Shown here one piece after another: positions 9,507-18,806 of a stretch of DNA of 64,000 nt. The DNA comes from Candidatus Hadarchaeota archaeon. GTDB taxonomy: Archaea > Hadarchaeota > Hadarchaeia > Hadarchaeales > JAWBSP01. Numbering within the stretch: the stretch's first letter is position 1; every line of letters begins with the position of its first letter. Under the pieces are notes generated by a model. That model saw only the letters and a list, made by a program, of their open reading frames with translations. It was not told the DNA's origin and ran no database searches. Position numbers and translations under genes: made by a program. The stretch covers positions 51,480 to 115,479 of the forward strand of contig CAYYWO010000001.1 in assembly GCA_964474885.1 (NCBI GenBank). Direction: 5' to 3'.

Positions 9507-10094
9507 CTACTCGATGTTCGCGTGAAGTTCCTTTAGATCCTTTTCCTTCTTGTTGAGCTTTCTCATCAAGGAGGCGATGATGGCGTCAAGGAAAACTGAA
9601 GCAGAAGCTTCGAATAGCGTTCCAAGAGGAGCCAGGGAGGCATGTTCTCCGGCCAGCTCTCTCTCGACATATTCAGTTATAGTTTCAGTTCGCTCCCTTC
9701 CAGGGAGGATGACCACGACATCTGCCATCTTTCCGAGTCTAGAATTCGGGAAGGAAGTTATGGCGACGATTTTAGCGCCCACTTTTTTCGCGATGCTGGC
9801 TGCACCAACCACAAGATCGGTTTCTCCAGAGCCCGAAACAGCAATAACTACATCGTTGGGTTTAACGGCCGGTGTTATGGTTTCTCCGACCACGTACACA
9901 TGGAAGCCTAAGTGCATGAGTCGCATGGCAAAAGCCCTGGCTACAAGTCCAGACCTTCCGGCTCCAAGGACAAAGACCCTTTGAGCCTCGACGAGAGCAT
10001 TCAGGAAGCTTTCTACTTGATGTTCGTCCAATTCCTCAGGTATCCTCTGGAGGTGCCTTAGAATCTCCCCCAAAGCCTTCTTAGCATCCTCCAC
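9507..10094 (-). CDS. hxlB: 6-phospho-3-hexuloisomerase (SIS domain)
   Basis: GAGRSGL, AFAMRLMHLG, VVGETITP, SGSGET, APLGTLFE, HANIE. Confidence 0.92.
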   Translation of the reverse strand: MEDAKKALGEILRHLQRIPEELDEHQVESFLNALVEAQRVFVLGAGRSGLVARAFAMRLMHLGFHVYVVGETITPAVKPNDVVIAVSGSGETDLVVGAASIAKKVGAKIVAITSFPNSRLGKMADVVVILPGRERTETITEYVERELAGEHASLAPLGTLFEASASVFLDAIIASLMRKLNKKEKDLKELHANIE

Positions 10095-10123
10095 TTGCTT
10101 ACCTCGTGCAGAGATTTTAAAGC

Positions 10124-10696
10124 TTAAGGAGAGACCCTCCTAGGTCGGGCGAAGAGGTAATAACGATCCTGCCCCTGAATTTCGCGGAGTACCCTCTCGA
10201 CGAGGGCATTCATGACATCTAAGCCTTTAATCCGATTTTGAAGGTCTTTCAGACTTTCGAACTTTCTTTTTTCTCTCTCCTCAAGAATTATGGACATGAG
10301 CTTCTTCCCAACCCCCGGTATGAGCTCTAAGGAGTGGAGCCGGGTGGTTACGGGACCAGCGTGGTTGAAGAAATCGACAAATCTTTGCTCATTACTTTGA
10401 ATGGCCTTCCTGATTGCGTGGGGGAGCTCGTTTTTTGCATTAGCAGTTAGGTCCTCGTAAGATATCCTTTGTTTGATCCGGTCGATCTTGTCTCTTTGGT
10501 TCTTTCCCAGGTAGACACGCTCCTGTGAAGAGAAGCTAACACCCCTTGCAGGTACTACTTCGAGTAGGGTGAAAAAGGTCTCGCCCAATACCTGTGCAAT
10601 GGGTTCCCTTAAGTGAACCGGCCGGGGGTCTGTTGGTGATCCATGAGGCAAAAAATCAAGTACTATTCCAAAGTCTTCATACTTCTTTTGCATCAT
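10124..10696 (-). CDS. DUF655 family putative RNA-binding protein
   Basis: VLDFLPHG, FTLLE, RLHSLELIPGVGKK; conserved position after rpo4. Confidence 0.88.
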   Translation of the reverse strand: MMQKKYEDFGIVLDFLPHGSPTDPRPVHLREPIAQVLGETFFTLLEVVPARGVSFSSQERVYLGKNQRDKIDRIKQRISYEDLTANAKNELPHAIRKAIQSNEQRFVDFFNHAGPVTTRLHSLELIPGVGKKLMSIILEEREKRKFESLKDLQNRIKGLDVMNALVERVLREIQGQDRYYLFARPRRVSP

Positions 10697-10702
10697 AGTT
10701 GC

Positions 10703-11038
10703 TCACTCCCTAAACTGATCCAGCAATTCCAGTATCTGACTTGTTACTTTTTCGTCTGGCTTATTTTTCTCCTTCGCAAAGATTAGATTTATTTCCTCCT
10801 CCTTTTCGGGCATGAGATCTACTAGAAGAACTGCCTGATACAGTGTAAGACCTAAGGAAGTCAGCTTTTCTAGGAGCTTAGAAGCCTTTTTAGCTTTTAA
10901 TTTGCAAAACTTTTGTGCATAGTCGAAATCCAGTCTTTGCTCATATTTCAGCTCTTCCTCTTTGCTCCTTTTTTCGAGTATCTCAAGGACTTCTGCCAAG
11001 CATACAGGGCGGTTATTTACAACTTCCTTCCCTATCAT
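10703..11038 (-). CDS. rpoF: RNA polymerase subunit Rpo4 (F)
   Basis: MIGKE, L.YEQ, DLMP motifs; rpl21e-rpoF-DUF655 synteny. Confidence 0.9.
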   Translation of the reverse strand: MIGKEVVNNRPVCLAEVLEILEKRSKEEELKYEQRLDFDYAQKFCKLKAKKASKLLEKLTSLGLTLYQAVLLVDLMPEKEEEINLIFAKEKNKPDEKVTSQILELLDQFRE

Positions 11039-11322
11039 ACCATCCTTAGATGTTCCGGACGGGCAATTATCTTTTTAATTTTCCCTCCATCGGTCAAGTG
11101 TACAACAAAAGCACGTCCTCTCTTTTCCACCACTGTGCCTACCCTCCCGTGGTAGCGCGGGTGAGGCATCCCTTTCTGAACGGAGGGCTCGACTAATATG
11201 GTTACCTTGCTCCCGATGGGTAAGTCTCGGAGACTGGCGGTTACGGGTGGCATCCCCCTCTCTCTTGGATGTTTCTTTAGTTTCTTCCGAGATTTCTTTC
11301 GCAAACCTTTGTGTCTAACCAT
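11035..11322 (-). CDS. rpl21e: 50S ribosomal protein L21e
   Basis: PSVQKGMPHPRYHGRVG and RPEHL. Confidence 0.95.
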   Translation of the reverse strand: MVRHKGLRKKSRKKLKKHPRERGMPPVTASLRDLPIGSKVTILVEPSVQKGMPHPRYHGRVGTVVEKRGRAFVVHLTDGGKIKKIIARPEHLRMV

Positions 11323-11325
11323 TTT

Positions 11326-12666
11326 TTAAAACATCGACTGTTTGAAAAACTTCCTGAGGGGACCTCTGGGAATTCTTCCTGTGGCAAAGCTCTTAGCAAG
11401 TTGTTTGGTAGCTTCGTAGTGCCTGAGGAGGTCTTTCACGTCGGCCTCAGAAGTTCCCGATCCGCGTGCTATCCTCCTTATTCTTGATGCATTCAGTATC
11501 TCGGGGTTCTCTCTTTCCTCGGGTGTCATTGAGTCTATGATCGCCTTAAACTTTTTTAGTTTGTCTTGCCCTAATCTTAGCTGTTCCTTCGGAACTGTTA
11601 ACCCCAAGCCGGGGATGAGATTTAAGATTTTATCCAAGGGCCCCATTTTAGAGGTTGCTTCTAGCATTTCTTGGAAGTCTTTCAGATTCAGTCTTCCTAA
11701 GCTCAGTTTCGTTTCTAGGTCTTCTTTTTTGATTTGAGGGATTTCTTGAAATTTGCGTAGCAAGGTCTCTAAGTCGCCCATCCCCAGCATGCGGGCAACG
11801 AACTTTGTGGGGGAAAACTCTTCTATGTCCTCTATGTGCTCCCCCGTTCCAATGAAGGAGACAGGGGCACCCGTTGCGGAAACGGCTGACAGCGCCCCTC
11901 CACCTTTCGCACTGCCATCGAGTTTCGTTACAAAAATGGAACCTATCGGAGTGGCTTGGTGGAATGCTGAAGCCTGCTCTTTTGCGAGTTGCCCGATAGT
12001 TCCGTCTAGAACCAGCATGATGTGATCCGGCTTTACGGCATCAGCAATTTGCTTCATTTCCTCCATTAGTTCCCTTTCTTTCTTGTGCCTGCCGGCCGTA
12101 TCAACGATTATGAGGTCGTATCCCTCCTGCCGCAGCCTGTCCACTAAAGATTTCGCTAGTGAGATGGAGTCTTTCGCCGAGGGATTGCCCATGACAGGTA
12201 TCCCGATCTGCTCTCCCAGCTGTTGCAACTGTAGATAAGCTCCAGGCCTAAAGGTGTCGGCACAGACCATAGCGACTTTGTAGCCTCTTTTCTTGAAGAA
12301 GTAAGCCAGCTTAGCAGCGGAGGTGGTCTTTCCACTTCCTTGCAGACCTACCAACAGCAAAACGGTGGGCTTCCCCGGCTTGATGGGAACTTTTCCTTGC
12401 TTTCCCAAGAAGTGGGACAGTTCGGAGTACACAATCCCTATTAGGTGTTCTCTCCTGCTCACTCCCGGAGGAGGCTTCTCGGTTAGTGCTCTCTCCTCGA
12501 TTTTTCTGCACAGATCCAGTGCCAGCTGAACGTTCACATCTGCTTGTAACAGGGCAGTTTGGATTTCCCTCAGCAGACTTTTTACGGCCTTCTCATCGAC
12601 ATAGGGAGCCTTACTTATCTTTTTTAGCGCTGAATGAAGCGCTCTACCCAGCTTCTCCAGCACCAT
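11326..12666 (-). CDS. srp54: Signal recognition particle protein SRP54
   Basis: GLQGSGKTT, DTAGR, TKLDGSAKGGG; M-domain SMTPEERENP, SRIRRIARGSG. Confidence 0.97.
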   Translation of the reverse strand: MVLEKLGRALHSALKKISKAPYVDEKAVKSLLREIQTALLQADVNVQLALDLCRKIEERALTEKPPPGVSRREHLIGIVYSELSHFLGKQGKVPIKPGKPTVLLLVGLQGSGKTTSAAKLAYFFKKRGYKVAMVCADTFRPGAYLQLQQLGEQIGIPVMGNPSAKDSISLAKSLVDRLRQEGYDLIIVDTAGRHKKERELMEEMKQIADAVKPDHIMLVLDGTIGQLAKEQASAFHQATPIGSIFVTKLDGSAKGGGALSAVSATGAPVSFIGTGEHIEDIEEFSPTKFVARMLGMGDLETLLRKFQEIPQIKKEDLETKLSLGRLNLKDFQEMLEATSKMGPLDKILNLIPGLGLTVPKEQLRLGQDKLKKFKAIIDSMTPEERENPEILNASRIRRIARGSGTSEADVKDLLRHYEATKQLAKSFATGRIPRGPLRKFFKQSMF

Positions 12667-12669
12667 CTC

Positions 12670-13155
12670 TTAATACCAGTACGGGGGTGCACCCTTTTCG
12701 CCCCTTCTGGGGAGCCAGAAGTAAAGGAAAAGGCTGATGATGAGGAATACTAAACTTGCCACCATCCATAGCCAGTCTACCTCCCTCGGGATTTCCTCCC
12801 CCCTTGAAAGAAGCTCGATTTTCGCCGCGTGGATATCGGGATCTCCTCCATGCTCTAGACAGGCTGCGTGAAAGCGGCCAGTAACCCGTATTAGATCCCC
12901 ACGGTGGTGGTAGTCTGCAGCTACTTTTACGTTTTCGGCCAGCTTGGCTGGGCACCAAACTCCGATTCCTGCTTTGTCTCCGACTATGTTGATCCAGACA
13001 AAGTTTTCCTTTCTGAGAATCCCGATGACCTCCCCCTCTACCGTCACGAGTTTGTTGTCGTAGTTCTCAGGGTTCAGCAGAAGGGAGTTGATGCTCACAG
13101 CCCAGACATGTGGAAGGATGAGTAAAACCAGCGGAAGAACTAAAATCCTCTTCAT
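12670..13155 (-). CDS. Membrane-anchored exported OB-fold protein
   Basis: Start MKRILVL overlaps the trkH stop (ATGA); signal peptide, VTVEGEVIG...GD..RVTGRF..AC.EHGGD.DIHA, C-terminal TM. Confidence 0.7.
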   Translation of the reverse strand: MKRILVLPLVLLILPHVWAVSINSLLLNPENYDNKLVTVEGEVIGILRKENFVWINIVGDKAGIGVWCPAKLAENVKVAADYHHRGDLIRVTGRFHAACLEHGGDPDIHAAKIELLSRGEEIPREVDWLWMVASLVFLIISLFLYFWLPRRGEKGAPPYWY

Positions 13156-14660
13156 AAAATCCTCTTGAGGGGCAGCAGAAGGAAGCTGAAGAGGACGAAG
13201 ACAGTTATGATCTCCAGTCTGCCCGCCCACATAAGAAAGATATAGGAAATCTTGAGCCCCAGGGGCATGGACGGGGAAGTGATCCCACAGCTGAGTCCCG
13301 CGTTGCCGAGCGCTGAGGCAGTCTCGAACATCGAATCTGCAAGTGGGTAGCCATGAGCGACTGTAATGAGAGTCCCGAGACCGAAAAGCAACAGGTAGCA
13401 AACGATTACAACAGCAGCTCCGCGTATAGCAGTTTCAGTGAGCGGGTTTCTCCCTAAGTGGTAGTAGGATTCACCGGGTACAGCTGAGCTGGGATAAAAA
13501 ATCTTCTTAAGTTCGAGTGCCAGGCACTTTAGAATTATACCTAGTCTCAGTCCTTTGATCCCACCACAGGTTGAGTTGGCTGACCCACCTATCAACATCA
13601 GTAGTGAAAGAATGAAGACTGTGGGGATGGGCCAGAAGTGCTTCAGGTATTGGGCCGGAATAGTTTGAAAACCTGTGGTAGTGTGGGCGGACACCATGTG
13701 GAAGACCCCCTTCCTGAAGAGAGAGGAAGGTGTCGCGTAAGTGCCGTGCAAGGTTAGTGCGACCAAGACGCTGGCAACTAAGAGGCTCGCAATCAAGAAA
13801 CGCATTTCTATGTCCCTGAAAAGTTCTCGCCTTTTCCCAGTTATGATTGCATAGTGCAGATTAAAGTTCAGCGATCCCACGATCATCAAGACTAAAGCAA
13901 CGAGCTCAATCGCTTCACTGTGATAATACAAGATGTTCTGGGCGTGAGTGCTGAACCCCCCTGTCGCATAGGCAGTCATACTGTGGTTTACGCCATCGAA
14001 CAGAGCATCCGAGGTACTTAGACCTTCCTTTATTCCAACAACGGTGAAGAAAATAGTTCCCAGAATGACGAAGGTGAATGCTATCCCGAAGATCCTCCTA
14101 GAGGTTCTCACAATGCTCGGGCGAATCCCGGCCTCCCTAGCCTCTCCTCGGAAAAGCAGAAATGAGCTTATGTGAGTTCTACCGAAGATGCAGAGTGAGA
14201 TCACGACTATCCCTACCCCGTCACCTGCAAATTGTAAGAGATGCCGCAAAAAGTTTATGCTTTTGGGCAGGAGTTCTGGTCTTGTAGTCATTGTTAGTCC
14301 AGTCCCTGTGAAACCGCTGACGGATTCAAACAGGACATCAGAGAAGGAGGGGTATTGCCCTCCATACCACAGCGGGATGCTTCCTATTAGAGGTGCGAAT
14401 AACCAAAGGAGAGCTGCTATGACTAGTGCATGTTTCAGTTCCATCTCCTTCTCTGTCCTGCAGATGTACTCAACGATCGAACAGAACAAGAGATTCAAGG
14501 AGAGCCCGAAAAGAAAACCGGGAAGGATATCCACCTCCGAACAGAAACAGGCGAGTAACATTGGTGGTATAAGAAGTAAAACCAGGGCCCTGCTAAATCT
14601 GGCCAAGTTGAAGCCTATAACTTTCAAATCCTCAACAGTTGGGGGGAACAAGTCAGACAC
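13152..14660 (-). CDS. trkH: Trk potassium uptake membrane subunit
   Basis: Four pore loops: FESVSGFTGTG, ATGGFS, HTTTGF, ALGNAGLS. Confidence 0.92.
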   Translation of the reverse strand: MSDLFPPTVEDLKVIGFNLARFSRALVLLLIPPMLLACFCSEVDILPGFLFGLSLNLLFCSIVEYICRTEKEMELKHALVIAALLWLFAPLIGSIPLWYGGQYPSFSDVLFESVSGFTGTGLTMTTRPELLPKSINFLRHLLQFAGDGVGIVVISLCIFGRTHISSFLLFRGEAREAGIRPSIVRTSRRIFGIAFTFVILGTIFFTVVGIKEGLSTSDALFDGVNHSMTAYATGGFSTHAQNILYYHSEAIELVALVLMIVGSLNFNLHYAIITGKRRELFRDIEMRFLIASLLVASVLVALTLHGTYATPSSLFRKGVFHMVSAHTTTGFQTIPAQYLKHFWPIPTVFILSLLMLIGGSANSTCGGIKGLRLGIILKCLALELKKIFYPSSAVPGESYYHLGRNPLTETAIRGAAVVIVCYLLLFGLGTLITVAHGYPLADSMFETASALGNAGLSCGITSPSMPLGLKISYIFLMWAGRLEIITVFVLFSFLLLPLKRIL

Positions 14661-14796
14661 CTGAGCACAGGAAGTAGCAGAAGAGAAAGGCGAGAGCCAA
14701 AATCAGCAAGCTCATGCCAACCTCTTCACCCAATCCGGCAAACAAATCAAAGTTCAGCCTTGCTAACTCTTTGAGTCCAGATTTTCGCAACCCCAT
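14653..14796 (-). CDS. Small 47-aa single-TM protein between trkA and trkH (not in the ORF track)
   Basis: MGLRKSGLKELARLNFDLFAGLGEEVGMSLLILALAFLFCYFLCSGV*; its ATG overlaps the trkA stop (TAATG) and its end overlaps the trkH start. Confidence 0.65.
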   Translation of the reverse strand: MGLRKSGLKELARLNFDLFAGLGEEVGMSLLILALAFLFCYFLCSGV

Positions 14797-15458
14797 TACC
14801 TAAATATCTTGATCGACCTCCTTATTGCATCCTCTTCTCCTATAAGTGCTATCATGTCTCCTCCTCTGAGCACTGTGTCTCCATGGGGAATAATCAATCC
14901 TCCCTCCCGAAAGATGGCACCGATAACACACCCTTTTGGCATTTTCAGTTCTTTTATAGTCTTTCCTGCGGCAGGGCTGTTGTCGGGCAGAAGAATTTCA
15001 ACTGCACGAGTCAGAGAACGCGAGAGGAGAACGGATGTAGTTCCAGGGAGCAGGATCGTGTTTTCCAATACGTGTGCAGATACATCTGAGGGACTAAAGA
15101 CGAAGTTGATTCCGGTTTCTTGAGCAGTCTTTATCATTTCGGGGTTTTCAACCCTAGCTATCGTAAAGGGAATTTGAAAGAGATGCTTGGCCATGTGGCA
15201 GGCCACTATGTTATGACTGTCATCTCCTGTCACGCCCGCGAATATATCCGCCTGTCTAGCTCCAGCATCTTCAAGAGCTTTTCTTGAGGTAGCATCTCCG
15301 TTTATCACGAGAGCGTTCAGTCTGGTAGCCAGCTCCTCGCAAACCTCCCTATCTTTTTCAATAATGGCTACATCAATGCCCCTATCGGTGAGCAGTTCAG
15401 CCAAACGGGACCCTATCCTACCGCCCCCGGCTATGATGACGTAACTAGGAACTTTCAT
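14796..15458 (-). CDS. trkA: Trk potassium uptake NAD-binding subunit
   Basis: RCK_N domain with GGGRIG and GDAT, followed by an RCK_C domain (IPHGDTVL..GD). Confidence 0.92.
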   Translation of the reverse strand: MKVPSYVIIAGGGRIGSRLAELLTDRGIDVAIIEKDREVCEELATRLNALVINGDATSRKALEDAGARQADIFAGVTGDDSHNIVACHMAKHLFQIPFTIARVENPEMIKTAQETGINFVFSPSDVSAHVLENTILLPGTTSVLLSRSLTRAVEILLPDNSPAAGKTIKELKMPKGCVIGAIFREGGLIIPHGDTVLRGGDMIALIGEEDAIRRSIKIFR

Positions 15459-15475
15459 GCTTTATATCATTTCAT

Positions 15476-16543
15476 ATGCTTTTTAGAATGCCGCTAGTCT
15501 TCGAAAAAATCCAAAAGGAGGTTAAGTTTTTTAGCCCCCTTGAAGGATTTTCACAGGTATCTCAAATCCTAGAATTCAGGAAAGACCCCCTTACAGGGCT
15601 TTGGTCGAGGATAAATGTAGAAAGGACAAAACGAATCAAGCATTCAATTGAAAAGGTTGAAATAGACCAGTTCATTCAACAATCAAGAGAAAGATGCTTT
15701 TTCTGCCCAGAGAAGATTGAGAACTCGACTCCAAGATTCGTTTTCGAGGAAGGAAGGATAACTTACGGTGAAGCAACAGCTTTCCCGAATCTCTTTCCGT
15801 TTGGACAGTATCATGCAGTTGTTGTGTTAGGTAAGGAACATTTTGTTTTTCCTACTGAGTTCCCACACAAATTGATCCATGACGGTTTTATGGTGAGCAT
15901 TCAGTTCTTCAAAAGAGTTCTGGAAAGAGACCCTAGAGCCATCTACACCCATGTCAATTGGAATTTTATGCCGCCGGCGGCAGCCAGTTTGGTTCATCCC
16001 CACTTTCAGGTCATGGCAGATGAAAAACCGACTTACTATGTAGGCCTCCTGATAGACGCAAGTAAGCATTATTTTGAGCGGAACAAGTCGAACTATTGGT
16101 CTGACCTAGTTGAGATCGAAAGAAAAGGCAAGAGATTCATCTGGGAGAGCAAACACCTGGCATGTTTAACAAGTTTTGCTCCTCAAGGCAACAATGAAAT
16201 TCTCGTGATATCGAAGAAAAGGAGCTCTCTCCTAGAGGTTGGAGAGGATGAACTCAAGCAGTTTGCAGCTCTTGTGTGCTCGATCGTGAGAGCTTATGGT
16301 AAGATAGGTATCGACAGTTTCAATATGGCTGTCTTCTCCGGTCCACCAGCCGTGGACTATTACCGCCTAAGTGCGAAGTTCGTTTCGAGACCCAACCTAA
16401 AGCATATTTACGTTTCAGATGCCGGCTTCATGGAGAGGCTCCACTTGGAGCCTGTGGTAGAGACTTTACCTGAAAACGTTGCTCAGAGACTAGGTCCACT
16501 TATAGTCTCGGAGCTACAAGCGATCGTATCCTCTCTTGAATGA
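15476..16543 (+). CDS. Galactose-1-phosphate uridylyltransferase-like (HIT superfamily) protein
   Basis: RKDPLTG, CFFCP, FPNLFPF, ASLVHPHFQ. Confidence 0.8.
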   Translation: MLFRMPLVFEKIQKEVKFFSPLEGFSQVSQILEFRKDPLTGLWSRINVERTKRIKHSIEKVEIDQFIQQSRERCFFCPEKIENSTPRFVFEEGRITYGEATAFPNLFPFGQYHAVVVLGKEHFVFPTEFPHKLIHDGFMVSIQFFKRVLERDPRAIYTHVNWNFMPPAAASLVHPHFQVMADEKPTYYVGLLIDASKHYFERNKSNYWSDLVEIERKGKRFIWESKHLACLTSFAPQGNNEILVISKKRSSLLEVGEDELKQFAALVCSIVRAYGKIGIDSFNMAVFSGPPAVDYYRLSAKFVSRPNLKHIYVSDAGFMERLHLEPVVETLPENVAQRLGPLIVSELQAIVSSLE

Positions 16544-17087
16544 TTGGGATATCCTGATTCCCCTGTATTACAGGAAGGCGAAGTTTTCTGAAGAGTTTCA
16601 AGTAGTTCTCTCTCACCCTCTTTTGGAATTCCAAGTCTCGTTCGAAGAAATCTAGGTCTTTTTCCTTCAGCCGCTTCATGACCACGGAAGGAGAAACATC
16701 TATCAATATTGCAAGGTCTGGCTGGGGGAAGAATTTGTTCATTTCCCAAATTAGTTCCTGTGGAACGCCCCTTGCCCCTTGGTAAGCGAGAGAAGAATAG
16801 AAGTAACGCTCACAAACTACAATTGTCCCTTCTTCTAGTGCTGGTTCAATCACGTTCTTTACGTGCCAGGCCCTGTCTGCTGCGAACAGAAGAGCCTCAG
16901 CCAGCGGAGGCATGCCTAAACCGACTTTTAAAGACCTCCTCAGGAGTTTTCCGATTGGGCTTTGTGTTGGTTCACTTGTAAGTAGAACTCTCGCTCCTCT
17001 TTTCTTCAACCATCTCGCTAAAAGTTTAGCTTGCGTACTCTTTCCGCAACCATCCAGTCCTTCTAGGCAGATGAACAACCCTTTCAT
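16500..17087 (-). CDS. tmk: Thymidylate kinase
   Basis: LEGLDGCGKST, LLFAADR, ERY..SSLAYQG; start set at MKGLFI. Confidence 0.93.
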   Translation of the reverse strand: MKGLFICLEGLDGCGKSTQAKLLARWLKKRGARVLLTSEPTQSPIGKLLRRSLKVGLGMPPLAEALLFAADRAWHVKNVIEPALEEGTIVVCERYFYSSLAYQGARGVPQELIWEMNKFFPQPDLAILIDVSPSVVMKRLKEKDLDFFERDLEFQKRVRENYLKLFRKLRLPVIQGNQDIPIIQERIRSLVAPRL

Positions 17088-18205
17088 ACGGGTACAGGGA
17101 GGCCAACTATTAACATCAGGATCGCGATCAAACCCAACCACAGGTACTCCTTGGGGATCTCCGAGGTGTCATCGAGTGGCCCTGGATGAGGCTGATTAAA
17201 GAACAGTAGAATAAGAAATCCCCATAACCATAAACAGCTTTCGGGTTTAAGAAAGCCTGTGCAAACAAGCAGGAGGCCAATCCCCCTAGTTAGATTGTAC
17301 TGTGTTTGCTCGTCGGTCAAACCTCTAATGATATGTCCCCCATCAAGCTGTCCGGCAGGGAGCAAATTGAGGCTAGTTATCATGAGCATTAACATACCGG
17401 AGAGGAGCAGAGGGTTCAGCGCGTGTTTAGTGAAGCTGAAGATGAGCGGCATAAGAGGGAAATCTATGCCTTGCCGCACAGGAATTAGGAATCCTAAGGA
17501 ACTCGTGATTAAGGCTAGAAGGAAACCCATGAGCGGACCTAAGAACCCCATCTCGACGAGTGCCTCTCTGGTGGGTACAGGTTTCCTAACTTTGATGAAT
17601 GCTCCAAAAGTTCCCAAGGGGGTAGGGGCCGGAATGAAGTAGGGGTTTGAGATGGAAATACCGTTGCGATGGGCAGCAATTCTGTGTCCCATTTCGTGGG
17701 CTCCAAGGATGGCCATGAGGGAGGAGGAAAATGCCAGTGCGCCGAGCCAATCCCTGAACCAGTAAAAACCTGCAAGTAAAGTCGTCACCGAGGTTAGGGC
17801 GAGAAGGAGGAGAGGGATGTTCAAACTTTCTTTTCCAGAGTTTCTGGAAGGAGTTACAACCAAGTGATATCCTCCTTTCTTGCCCTTGAGGGCCACGAGA
17901 TAACCACTTGCTTCTAGTTCATGATATGTCTGGAGGAAAGAACTTTTAGTGTTTCCGCAGTCGACTTCTGCCGTGATGCTGTCTTTCGTAATTGAGTAAT
18001 TAATTACATCAAAATGGCGGTGAATGACCTCCAAAACTCTTCTGACCTTTCTTGGGATATGCCCGCTCGAGATTACAGCCATGTCTCCTCCGCATTTACA
18101 TTCATTCTTCAACAGTTCCCCAAAGGGGAGGGAAGACATTCGGTATTCCTCTCTTCCGCAAGCGAGGCACTTGAATTTAGCTATAGGTAGTTTTAGGCCC
18201 CCCAT
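17084..18205 (-). CDS. Site-2 protease (M50) with an N-terminal Cys-rich Zn-ribbon-like region
   Basis: HEMGH and NLLPAGQLDGGH; N-terminal CLAC...CKC. Confidence 0.88.
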   Translation of the reverse strand: MGGLKLPIAKFKCLACGREEYRMSSLPFGELLKNECKCGGDMAVISSGHIPRKVRRVLEVIHRHFDVINYSITKDSITAEVDCGNTKSSFLQTYHELEASGYLVALKGKKGGYHLVVTPSRNSGKESLNIPLLLLALTSVTTLLAGFYWFRDWLGALAFSSSLMAILGAHEMGHRIAAHRNGISISNPYFIPAPTPLGTFGAFIKVRKPVPTREALVEMGFLGPLMGFLLALITSSLGFLIPVRQGIDFPLMPLIFSFTKHALNPLLLSGMLMLMITSLNLLPAGQLDGGHIIRGLTDEQTQYNLTRGIGLLLVCTGFLKPESCLWLWGFLILLFFNQPHPGPLDDTSEIPKEYLWLGLIAILMLIVGLPVPV

Positions 18206-18747
18206 CTCTTGAAAAGCTGGTGTTCAATGCCCAGTACATCTAGAATTTTTCCGACAATGAAATCAACCATCTCTTCAATGGTTTTAGGCTTATGGTAGAA
18301 AGCGGGACAGGCAGGCAAAATTATAGCCCCTGCTTGGCTCACCTTTAACATGTTTTCCAAGTGGATTGAATTGAGAGGAGCCTCTCGAACAACCAGCACG
18401 AGCTTCCTTTTCTGTTTTAATGTGACTTCGGCAGCTCGGGAAACTAGATTCTCGGAGATGCCATTAGCTATACATGCCAGAGTCTTGCTGCTACAGGGGA
18501 CTACTATCATGCCATCCGTTTTATACGAGCCACTTGAGAGAGGGGAAAGCATATCGTCGGCCGAGTAGAGTCGCGAGCAGTAAGGTAACAGATCCTCTCG
18601 TTTCAAGCCGAGTTCCTCCTTTAAGACTGCCTCGCCATTCCTGGAAATTATCAGCTCGATAGAGGCTCCGAGTTCTTTCAGTGCCTTTACTGTTCGGACA
18701 CCGTAAATGACGCCACTCGCACCAGTAATGGCAACAATCAGGTGCAT
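18193..18747 (-). CDS. ubiX: Flavin prenyltransferase
   Basis: AITGASG, SSGS, VPCS, RAAEV.LK, REAP, PAFY. Confidence 0.93.
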   Translation of the reverse strand: MHLIVAITGASGVIYGVRTVKALKELGASIELIISRNGEAVLKEELGLKREDLLPYCSRLYSADDMLSPLSSGSYKTDGMIVVPCSSKTLACIANGISENLVSRAAEVTLKQKRKLVLVVREAPLNSIHLENMLKVSQAGAIILPACPAFYHKPKTIEEMVDFIVGKILDVLGIEHQLFKRWGA

Positions 18748-18806
18748 CTAAAATTTTCTTGTTGCAAAATAATCACGAAAATTTTAAGAGACCATTATAA
18801 TCAAAG

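Noticed and set aside
13156-13401. N-terminal extension of the 243-aa ORF
   Set aside because: It lies in an alternative frame of trkH; the real start is MKRILVL at 13155.
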